Positions 20,413 to 31,059 of a stretch of 64,000 nt of DNA are shown piece by piece. The DNA is taken from positions 1,364,001 to 1,428,000 of the forward strand of contig OX337233.1 of NCBI GenBank assembly GCA_946965045.2, in the 5' to 3' direction. Under the pieces are notes generated by a model, which worked only from the letters and a program-made list of their open reading frames with translations, did not search any database and had not been told where the DNA came from. This DNA is from Epithemia pelagica (lineage: Eukaryota > Protista > Bacillariophyta). Made by a program: the position numbers and the translations under genes. Position 1 is the stretch's first letter. Each line of letters begins with the position of its first letter.

Positions 20413-23400
20413 ATGAATGGTCATTTTGCGAAACCATCCATTCGGTCCATGACTGAGACTCCCAAAGATCTGACCGGTCTTGATCCAGCTCTCGGCTCAG
20501 CAGTCTCAGCACACCAAAGTAAGAAATTTGCTTCCAACAACGAATTCGGCCTGTCACACGAGCAGGAAGGAAGTGTAGTTGATACGAATGTCCAGCATGT
20601 AACATCTCTTGATGAGAAAACGGGTGCAACGTCAGATTTAAAATCTGTACCATTCGTTCATCTGCCGACAGCCGTGTCACTCCCATTCAGCGCGTCTGAT
20701 AACTCGACCGTCGCTTTCGCTACAACTCCCACAACAAAATCAGCACCGAGACTTGGGACATCAAGCGTTTGCATCCACCCAACAGTTGCCACCGAAAAGA
20801 AAATTCTATCCTGCAACCCATACAAAAGGAAAACCGTAACGCCGATTGTGAAACAATGCAAAAGAACTCGGTATTCCTACGCCGAGGAGCAACGGTTGAA
20901 GGAACCACTGGATCTTCCACACTATTGCGAAATGCGCCCAGTGGAAAAGTTTGCTGCTGCTCTCCTGCGTACCAGTCCTGCTGATTTTGTAGCCTGTGAA
21001 GAAGATGACGAAGCAGCGGGAACGAGCAACCTTTTATCGAGTCCGGACTCACGTTCCTGGAGGGTATGGGAAGAAATCTGTCATCGACTGAATATAGCAG
21101 CTTCTATTCCCAAACATCCTCTACCAGACAGGTTCGACTTGAAAGATGAAAAGCTACACTTTGAATCTCGCGCAACGCTGGTCCTTGAAGAAGCAAGGAA
21201 ATCTATTTCCCAACCACTAGCATCACTGTGGCACAAAGGAGCTCATGAATTGAAAAGAAACAAAGATGCTCTAATCGTAAGAGTCTCCTCGATGGAGAAG
21301 GACAACGCAACTGGTCACGTTAATGTAACCTTGCAAGAGGATAAACCATTCACCGCAGAGCAAGCGAACCAGATACGATGTGCTACTGTTTATCAATGTT
21401 TGTGTACGAACCAGTCTGCAAGTTTGAGGAATGTTATTTTGGGTTGGGTGTCCAGTGGTGTGCGACGATGTGATCAACTCAGTCTGGAAGAGGATGATGA
21501 CGATGAAGGTCCTCTCGAATTGAAGTCTCGCCAGTTTTCTATGTACTGGCTTCGAGATATTCCCGACGGTATCGAATATACTGAGTGGATTCTGACACCA
21601 ATATCTACTCTGATTTCGGAACTTCGGTCTTTTGAGGCCTTGACGAGTGCTTCTACCTTGGATATCCCTTTTCTTTCAGACTTGCTTGGACATGGTGGCA
21701 AGAACCGACTCGAAGAGGATAGCATAGATCCGCTTTTTCCCAGCGATCACTGTATCTTCTCGTCAAACAGGGAAGGAAACAATGGTGTTTGTTCATTAAT
21801 TACCCCTTCATCTCTTCCAAAGGAGAATCTCAATAGTCAGGCTACACATGCGAAGATCTCATCCGATGAAGCACATCATTTCAAAACACACCAACGAGGA
21901 GGACGTCTTGCCGGAACAAGACTCGTCAATCAAAGGGAAGATTGTAACGGCACCACTGACGACAGTTTTTGTCTTCCAGGCCAGACATGCAAGAATCTTC
22001 CGACACCCGTCTCACCCCCAAGCCGCGCATATCTGGACCCGGCAGTAGATATATGCTCTCGGACTACGCCGGTAATAACACCAGCACCGAGAATTGGGAC
22101 GTCAAGCGTTTGCATTCACTCTACAGTTGCCACCGAAAAGAAAATTCTACCCTGCAATCCTTATAAAAAGAAACCCCTAAGGCCATTAGTGCAAAATTGC
22201 AAACGAAATCGGATTTCCTTTGCTGAGGAACAACGGTTAAAGGAACCATTGGATCTTCCACACTATTGCGAAATGCGCCCAGTGGAAAAGTTTGCTGCTG
22301 CTCTCCTGCGTACCAGTCCTGCTGATTTTGTAGCCTGTGAAAAAGATGACGACGCAGCGGGAACGAACAACCTATTATCCAGACCGGAGTCACGTTCCTG
22401 GAGGGTGTGGGAAGAAATCTGTCATCGACTGAATATAGCAACTTCTATTCCCAAACATCCTCTACCAGACAGGTACGACATGAAAGATCAAGAGCTACAC
22501 TTTGAATCTCGCGCAACGCTGGTCCTTGAAGAAGCAAGGAAATCTATTTCCCAACCACTAGCATCACTGTGGCACAAAGGAGCTCATGAATTGAAAAAAA
22601 ACAAAGATGCTCTAATCGTAAGAGTCTCCTCGATGGAGAAGAACAACGCAACTGGTCATGTTAGGGTAACCTTACAAGCCGACAAACCGTTTACGGCAGA
22701 ACAAGCGAACCAGATACGATGTGCTACTGTTTATCAATGTTTGTGTAAGAACCAGTCTTCAAGTTTGAGTAATGTTATTTTGGGTTTGGTTTACAATGAT
22801 GCCGATGAGATTACCCGTGGATCGAAGCATGGCCAGTTTTCCATGCTCTGGTTTCGAGACATTCCCGACCACATTGAAGATACGCAGTGGGTTGTGACAA
22901 GAATATCGTATCTAATATCTCACCTCGGATACTTTGAGACCCTCGGTATTGGTGTCAGCTCATCTTACGGGTCAATCAAGGACGATGGTAGTCAACATCG
23001 ATATTCCATGTCTTCTTCAAGTCGTACGACCGAGTCATCGTCGGTGAACCCACGGTTCTTCCGGATCCCTCTGCTGAATGAGAGGCAGCATCATGCAGCC
23101 GACACATTTCTACATTCTGCACCAAATACGATCACGCTTATTCAAGGACCACCCGGTACTGGTATGACTTTATTGCAGTTGATGTCCATGTCCAGCCTGA
23201 CTTCGAGAGTTCTGAAATCTCACTCGTTTTTCGTCGTTGACATCATCACAGGCAAGACGACTCTTTTGGTCTCGATCATTTGTCGATATTTATCGGACCC
23301 GACTTTTTGCGATAGACGAGGACAGCTGTTGGTTTGTGCGCCCACGAACAAAGCCATCACAGTTCTAGCCAAGAAATTCATGGATGCAATTGTGACTCCG

Positions 23401-24839
23401 GATTATTGTCCATACAATGTCTTGATCATTGGAGATGGTGACAAACTCCTTGAAGAAGACCACCCTCAAAATACAGCGAGCGGAGCTAAACTCATTACCA
23501 AAAGGCAATCCTCACTGAGCTCTGTTTTCCTTCATTCGTGGTTGCTGACTGTCATCAAAGACTTCTACAGAATCAAGAACTACCCGTTTGCTAATCAAAG
23601 GAAGACCCAAAGAAGCCTTTTATCCAAGAACGACTTACACACGTTGGCACATAGGTTGGAGCTGAAGTTAAGATTTCGTTTGCCTAATCTTCCCGAATCT
23701 ATTTTGGATAAGGCAGCGGAAATCAGCCTTTTGACGGGCAAGATCAAGTCTGGTCACCGAAGTAACTCTGAACTCAATTCGACAGTCAGCTTGCTGCTTA
23801 AAGACCTGCGTGATTTAAACAAGAACTTCAGCGTGGTTCAGAAGGACCTCATTTCTTCAGCTAACGTTTTATTTTGTACGCTGGTTAGCGCTGGTGGGAT
23901 GTGCTTGAAAGGACACTCTGTCGCTGATATGATCGTGGATGAATCAGCAGCAGCCACTGAAGCCACGTTGTCCATTCCCTTCTTCATGACTCCAAGGCGA
24001 ATGGTAGGTGGAGCGACTATCAAAAATTGGAACGTGGTCGAGTACGTTGCTCACATTTCTTGTCATTCCTCGTTTTTTATCTCTCGAAATGGAAGTTGTG
24101 CGTGGGTGACCCGTTCCAACTTCCGGCCACCGTATTGAGTCGTCGAGCGACCCTCCTAGGCTTCTCACGAAGTCTGCATGAACGCCTCATGCTTTCGTGC
24201 AAGTATAACCACATAATGTTGAATGTTCAATACCGAATGAATCCGCAAATTTCTTCCTTTCCTTCCTCACAATTTTATAACTCACAGATTGTCGACGGTG
24301 GAAACGTGCAGAGCCCGAGTCATATGGGAAGCATTTCCTTGTTAAATGGGAATCCTTATACCTTTCTTTCCGTTAATGGGAGTGAAGAGAAAGGTTTTGG
24401 TGGTTCTTCTCGGAATCAGGCCGAGGCGGGCTGTGTGGTGGATTTGATTAAGAAGCTCAAGTCTTCTTCCCTTAGGAAGAACATCAAGGACTGGAGTGTT
24501 GCAAGTCGCATACGAGTCATTACTTTCTACCAAGCACAAGTAGCGCTCATCAAGCAGCTGCTGAGTAAGCACAACGTGGGTGAAGTGGTAGTGGCAACCG
24601 TGGATTCTTCGCAAGGTTGCGAAGCGGGTATCGTTATCCTGTCGTTTGTGAGAACGGCGACAGCTGGATTTTTGAGAGACGATCGGCGCATGAATGTAGC
24701 GCTTACAAGGGCGAAACATCAGCTTATTTGTGTTGGTAATGTGGACGCAATGACGCGAATGGGTGGGATCAGTGGCACAGTCGAAGAAATGCTAGAGGAT
24801 GCTCTCAGCCGTCGCGTCGTTCAGCAATATCAATCCTGA
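20413..24839 (+). CDS. Sen1/Upf1-like SF1 helicase, paralog B, with internally duplicated N-terminal domain (3 exons)
   Basis: Introns 23162-23251 and 24004-24095 are at the same positions as in paralog A. Motifs QGPPGTGKTT, LLVCAPTNKAI, IVDESAAATE, LCVGDPFQLPATV, MLNVQYRM, DSSQGCEAG and RRMNVALTRAK. Confidence 0.9.
20741..21450 (+). repeat. Direct repeat unit 1 inside helicase paralog B
   Basis: Near-identical to 22082-22791 at an offset of 1341 bp (for example cagcaccgag at 20741/22082 and agtttgag at 21421/22762). Confidence 0.92.
22082..22791 (+). repeat. Direct repeat unit 2 inside helicase paralog B
   Basis: Copy of 20741-21450. It includes an identical run gatcttccacactattgcgaaatgcgcccagtggaaaagtttgctgctgctctcctgcgtaccagtcctgctgattttgtagcctgtgaa. 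Confidence 0.92.
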
Positions 24840-25097
24840 TGGATCTCTCGGTGACTACCTCGGCATTACCCCTTGACCAAGTGGCAACTTTACAACTACC
24901 TAGGACTGTAAACATGTTGAAACGACGTTTTCTGTTCTACTTTGATATTGTTTCATTTGCTAAATCTAGTTACTGTCTGTTCGGTGCTGGGGCTTCAACT
25001 TTCTGTTGTCATCGATAATTCTACATTGCCCGACCTTGTTGGTATGGAAGACCTTTGCTGGTACTTCCTTATCATGTCGTAGTGCGATCCGTATCCT

Positions 25098-26732
25098 TTA
25101 CAGCATGTTGCCGTTGATAAAGTTTTGCAAGACTGTCGCGAGCTCGTGGGCCGTGGTGCACTCCCGCAAGGCCTGTTCCAACCCCAAGGCTTCTACAGAC
25201 TCCACGCTATTGTGATTGTTCTTGGTGCTCACTGATGAACCTTCCATGAGTTGCAACATGATAAATCTCAATCGAGTCATGTCACTTCCAATTGGTCCCA
25301 ATCCTTCCCTCCAGGCTTGCTCTCGTTGGGGATGAGGAAAGTGGAGCGGCTCTGGGCAATAATTGCACGTCGACGGGTTCGTGCCATCCAAAGAACAAAC
25401 AAAGTGGTCCTTGTGTTCGAGGCTGTCGCCTTGTGTGGCCTTGGTATAGCGCGGAACGACACTGAGATATGAATTGTCAAACAAGACAGCACGGTAGTCG
25501 TCCTCTTCGTCGTCGCCAGTCTTCTCCGCCATGGGTCGTTTCACCAAACCAATGTTTTTCTCATGGATATCTTGATGAGCCAATCCCATATCGGCCAAAA
25601 ACGCCACTCCCTTTACCACTGGTAACATGGCACGAGCCATGCGAAGGGGTTCCATCGTTCGTTTGGTAGTCATGTCGGACGGTTCTTCTTCTTTGTTGGT
25701 CGGCGTGTTCATGTACTTTTGCAACGACATGGCCATGGGTTGAAGGGGCATAATGACGCCCATGGTCTTGCCACCTTCTTCCTCTTCATCCACAATCAAT
25801 CCCCAGGTGGGAATCAAGCCATCTTGATACTCACCCGTGAGGAATTGAGCGTACCAAGGCAAGGCTCCCGTATATTCCCCTTGCAAAAAGCTTTTGTAGA
25901 CCTTCAAGTTGCGGTCTTGTTGTTCCGCACTGGGTGTCAAAGACGCACCGTTCCGCAGTGCCGTGACTGCTGTTGTAGTAGACTTGGACGACAAACAAGA
26001 CCGGGCTTGGTTCTTGTTCTCAAGACTATGCTCTTCGTTGGTATCGAAGCAATGGTCAGTCTTGACTGCAACCGTGCAAAAGGACATGGGAGCAGCGTCA
26101 CCCTGGTTCTTGTCTTTGGTAGAAAGAGACGGCACTTGTAACGTTGCTTGATAGACTCCTCCGCTGGAGCCCTTGCCCAATGCGGCATCCTTGCTATCGT
26201 GTACGGACGAGACGGGGACACGAAGGATGCGGTCCTCCAAGGACCAACACGAAGAAAAAGAGGTCGTATCATCCTGCAGTGATGGTCCAAATGCAGTGTA
26301 CAGTTGCATAAAGGTACATGCCGGTGGTGCTGACGGAGGAGTGGATGACGCGGCCTTTTCGTGTCCATTTTCGATAGAGTCGGCGAGATTCCTGGAACGA
26401 AGCAGTGGAAAAGAATGTTGCCATGGGGGCGGTGGTGACGACTGAGAGTCAGGCATATAGTCGCCAAAAGTTCCTTCTATTCTCAACCATTGGAAGCGCT
26501 GACGAATAAACCAGGTCGACTGTAGTAGGGCCACCAACAGGAAGGCGAAACGCCGTTTCGAAGTGTTGCTCCCGCTGCTGGTCGTCAAAGACAAGTCGGT
26601 GCTTGTGCTCGTGGGACAGGGCAATCTCATGTTGGAGGATGAGTCAGCCTTGTTGCTGCTGGAATGAACGGAACGAAGGGAAAGCGTTCCTCGAGGAGAG
26701 CAAGGAGAGGACATGGTAGGTGATGACTTCAT
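25098..26732 (-). CDS. Protein-kinase-like protein with N-terminal signal-anchor helix
   Basis: Probable ATG 26732 and TM-like RRFAFLLVALLQSTWFI. Kinase-fold motifs LGKGSSGGVYQATL, VAVKTD, LAHQDIHEKNIGL and VLFDNSY. Confidence 0.7.
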   Translation of the reverse strand: MKSSPTMSSPCSPRGTLSLRSVHSSSNKADSSSNMRLPCPTSTSTDLSLTTSSGSNTSKRRFAFLLVALLQSTWFIRQRFQWLRIEGTFGDYMPDSQSSPPPPWQHSFPLLRSRNLADSIENGHEKAASSTPPSAPPACTFMQLYTAFGPSLQDDTTSFSSCWSLEDRILRVPVSSVHDSKDAALGKGSSGGVYQATLQVPSLSTKDKNQGDAAPMSFCTVAVKTDHCFDTNEEHSLENKNQARSCLSSKSTTTAVTALRNGASLTPSAEQQDRNLKVYKSFLQGEYTGALPWYAQFLTGEYQDGLIPTWGLIVDEEEEGGKTMGVIMPLQPMAMSLQKYMNTPTNKEEEPSDMTTKRTMEPLRMARAMLPVVKGVAFLADMGLAHQDIHEKNIGLVKRPMAEKTGDDEEDDYRAVLFDNSYLSVVPRYTKATQGDSLEHKDHFVCSLDGTNPSTCNYCPEPLHFPHPQREQAWREGLGPIGSDMTRLRFIMLQLMEGSSVSTKNNHNSVESVEALGLEQALRECTTAHELATVLQNFINGNML

Positions 26733-27397
26733 TTGGATCGTCTTGTTGTTCTGCTTGAGGCCTTGGAAAAGTGTGTTCGGATGATGCTTTATGGTTGATG
26801 CTGTCACTGTGAGTGTTATGGAGCGTGCGATGACCAATTTGTTCCTTCGATTTTTTGAGAGTGGAAGGAAAGGAAGGAAGGGAAGAAAAACATGATGACG
26901 TTATTTGGAATACGGAGCGAAATGGATCGATCCAATTCCGAGCATCGAAAGGAATGGACAAGAACTATAACTATGGACAGGAGAGGTGCAAGGATTCCAA
27001 TCATGGAGGGATCGATGTATTTCGATGGCTTTGCCCCGCACCTCTCTTCCTTTTTCCTGCTTGACATGGGACTGATGGCGCACAATTTCTTGAAATGCCA
27101 TTTCCTACAAAAATGTGGAGGAGCACCGATTGGACGCAACCTCGGCGGACGCGCGCGCATATTGAATCGGGCGCGGGAAGCGGGAATGCCCCAACCATGG
27201 ATATAGCTATGGATGCTACTACATCAATCCTTACGCCTACTCCTACGAGTTGGGGACCATCTCGCTTCTATTTTGATCAACAATCCGTACTACTCCTATC
27301 CTGTTATGTTCCTTCAATCCATGCCGTTCCATTACAATCAGAAAGACCTACACACGATCTATTAAGAAAGAACAATGTCCTAGCTTGCTTTTTGGGA

Positions 27398-30300
27398 CTA
27401 GCGGGTCCCATAAAAGTCATCCAATCGTTGATCCAACAAGTAGGACTTTTTGTTTTTCTTGTAGTCTTTCTGAGAGCGCACCACTTGACGATTCCACGCG
27501 TCGTGGGCCAATTGATACAGTGTGCTGGTCCCTTTCGTCGTCGTAGTAGGAGAAGAAGAATTCGATGCCACTGTCATTCGTGCTAGTCCTCCCACGTTAC
27601 CGACACAAATCAATTGGTACTTGGCCCGTGTCAATGCCACATTCATGCGGCGATCGTCACTCAAAAATCCAGCCACTGAATTCTGATTGCTCCGTACAAA
27701 GGAGACCAACACAATGTCAGCCTCACATCCTTGCGAAGAATCGACAGTGGCCACCACGACATCCCCGGTCTCGGTACCATGTTGTTTCAACATCCGTTTC
27801 AACAGGCCCACTTGTGCCTGGTAAAACGTAATGACACGGATGCGGCTTGCCGAGTTCCATGGACCAATGCCGTTCCCGCCGGCTTCTTCCCGCAACTGCA
27901 AAATCAAGTCCACCACACAACGGGCTTCCATTTGATTCCGGTACGAGCCGCCACCACCCTTTTCTTCCAGTCCGTCCACGTCGAGAAAGACATACGGACT
28001 CCCATCCACCAACGAGACGCGTCCAATGTGATTCGGACTTTGTACATTGTCTCCATTGTTGATTTTGGATTCGTAAAACCGCATGGAAGGAAAGCAAGAG
28101 ATTTCGGGATTCATACGATATTGAACGTCCAGCATAACGTACTCGTGCTTACAACGGTACATGAGTCGTTCATGAAGGCTTTCGGCCAATCCCAATTCAA
28201 CGGCTCTTCGACTCAAGACTGTGGCTGGAAGCTGGAGAGGATCTCCTACACAAAGCTTTGAAATAAGAAATGAAGGACAGGAAAGAGAGTGGTAAGTGGG
28301 GGGCCGACTATCCCGTGGGTGGAGTGATCGATTCCTGGTGATTCGTACCATTCTTTGAGGTTGCATATGAAAGGGTATGCAAAGCTCTGGTTCCGTAGCA
28401 GCTGCAGCTTCATCCACAATCAAATCATTAACGATATGGTGCTTCAAAATGATTCCTCCGGCACTGGCCAAGGTGCAAAACAAAACGTCGGCATTGGCAA
28501 TGAGTTGTCGACAAACAAAATCTTTGGAATTCTTTTGAAGTTCCACTAACTCGGCTACCAAAGACTCGAGTTTGGTCGTCAAGGAGGAACTTTTGGCGCC
28601 GTCCTTGCCGGATGCCAGTTCGCCCGCAATGGTCGACACCTTTTGAGCAGTCTTTAATATATTGGAGGGGAGGTCGGGTAGATTTGAGGTGAGGCGTTTT
28701 TCCAATCGACATGCCAGTTTGTGTAAATCGGACGCTGACATTCTGCTGTTGCTTCGTCTGGCACCAGGGAGTTGAGTCTGTCCTGCGGACAGCAGTGAGG
28801 TGGCAATTTTCCTGTATTCGTCAATGACTGTCTGCAACCAGGAGAAGACAAAAACGGAACGGAGTTGTTGCTGGGAAGAGGACGATTGGGACTGGTATCG
28901 ATTTTCCTTGTTGTGGCTGCCGTTGTAACGGCCACGTTCTTCGGCCAACAACTTATCAGCGTCTCCTACCATCAATGCATTGAATCGACACTTGTCCGGA
29001 TTCCGTGCCGCCATGAACCGTGTGGCAAGGACGGTAACCGCCTTGTTTGTGGGTGCACAAACCAACAAGCGCCGTTTTTGCTCAGCGCTGGGTTGTTCTA
29101 GCAAGTAACGGCAGATAATCGAAACCAGTAAGGTCGTCTTTCCTGTTTCATGTAACAATAAAAGGCAACAAAGAAGACAGAACACGCAATGAGTCTTTGT
29201 CGAACGGTTGCTAGTTCAAAAGAACCACCCTGTAGATGACAAGATTCAATCGCAAGTCAGAAGAAGGACACATACCTGTGCCTGGTGGTCCTTGAATGAG
29301 GGTAATTGTACTTGGCGCTGATTGCAAGAATGTATCGGCCGCTTGTGCTTGCCGATCATTGAGCGTGGGCAAGGCAAAGGGACCTGTGGTGGTAGAACTG
29401 CGTGTGGGTTGAAAAAAGGACGTGATGGTCTTGGGTTTCTTCCTTTTCGTATGACCGGGATGTGGTTGTGGATCGCCCCACTCATCAAAAATAGTGTGCG
29501 TGCCCGTTGGCATATCTTGGTCTTGTGGACCGGACGCCGACCGTCCCAGCAAATCCGTCAAGAAGGGAACTCGCAGTATTTGGGCATGTGTCATGGCTTC
29601 GAAACATCGCAATTCGGAAATGAGGGTGGACAGGGGCGACACGGTCCACTCGGTTCCCACAAGCATGGCACTGGGAGGTACATCATCCTGAGCACGAAAC
29701 CAAACCAACGAAAAGTCGCGCTTGGTCAAGTCCATGGTATCTCGTGTTTGCCCCGAACTCATGACAAAGCCCAAGACGACATTGGACAATTGACGAGGAC
29801 TGTCGCAGGGCAAACACTGGTACACAGAGCCAGGTCGAATGGAAAACAACTCGTCCTTGGTAAAGGGAGTCGACTTTTGAAAGGATATACGCGCATGACC
29901 GGTATTGGGATCGGGGTCCATGGCGTGCAACGTAACCCGAATGGTCCCCGTGGTGTTGTGATTCCGGGGATTCGAAGATTGCCCCCACCGTGCGAGCAAG
30001 GGCTGGGCCAGGGCACTGCGCGCTTCTTCCAACACCAAGGCAGCTCGTACCGCAAAATGCAACCGGGCCTGAGCCGCCGTATACAGGGCCGGGAGTGGCT
30101 CACTGGGAATGGCCGCTTGCAAGTCGACGCGGGTACAAATTTCGGTCCACACCGACTGGGCAGTGACACGAGTCGAGTTGGGAGTTTCGCTGGCGACCAA
30201 GTCGCTGGGACGTGTCCGTAACAAAGCTGCCGCAAATCGTTCCATGGGAGGCAATCGAGGCGCCTGCCGTTTCCATTGCTCTTGTTTCCGTTGTCGTTCC

Positions 30301-30776
30301 ATGGGATTCACAATTTTTTTGGCTTTGCGACTGTTGCGACGCGCTTGTTCGGCGCCGCCCACAAAGGGCCGCTTCTTGTTGTTGTTGTTGTTGTTCGTTT
30401 TGGCATAGGGATTCACAATTGTGGTCGAAGCGGGTGTTTTGGTCGTTTCGCTTGCCGTTGGAACAGTTTTGGTTGTTGTTGTTGTCGTTGTTGTGCAGGT
30501 AGTCGATGGAACAGGAAAGGGAGTCTCGGAAGGAGTAGCGTTGGGAAAAATAGAGGCCGAGGCCGAAGCTCGTGAAATCGGGTTGTGGATCATTGGTGGT
30601 GGAGTGCGACGGGAGCTATTGGTTTGGTATGGATTTCCTGGACGACTCCCCAAAAATTCCACTTCATCATCATCATCATCGTCGTTTTCGATGTTGTTTA
30701 GGGTGGGTGGTGGTCGAGGAACTGCCACCACCACATCGCCCTCAGCGTCCTGTCCGGTGAAACTGGAAGACGACAT
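27398..30776 (-). CDS. Sen1/Upf1-like SF1 helicase, paralog C (3 exons)
   Basis: ATG 30776, with introns 29143-29275 and 28256-28348 at the conserved positions. Motifs QGPPGTGKTT, LLVCAPTNKAV, IVDEAAAATEPE, LCVGDPLQLPATV, MLDVQYRM, DSSQGCEAD and RRMNVALTRAK. Confidence 0.92.
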
Positions 30777-31059
30777 GCTTATTCTTTGGGACACTCCTTA
30801 CGGTATCTTCCAGAGAGAGGAGGAAGGGGTCGATGGCTTCCGTTGTCTTTTGTCTCTCGTGTTACGGCCACGTTTCCAACAAACAACAACAACACAATTC
30901 TTCCTCCGTCATGGTCCTCGTCGTCGGCGCGCACGTCGGGCGGGTTCGCCCGTCACTCTCCGAAATCGCGCGTAAGTAGTCGCGTTTCCGTTTCAGTCGC
31001 TCTTACACCCCCTCATTCTCGCCGCCGACCACAATTGAAAACCATGGCACGGAGGGGCC

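Noticed and set aside
29322-30221. 299-aa plus-strand ORF and similar long overlapping ORFs across the CDF, kinase, kinesin, CHD and Lhcf genes
   Set aside because: Antisense or alternate-frame shadows of well-supported genes, as expected from stop-poor codon usage.
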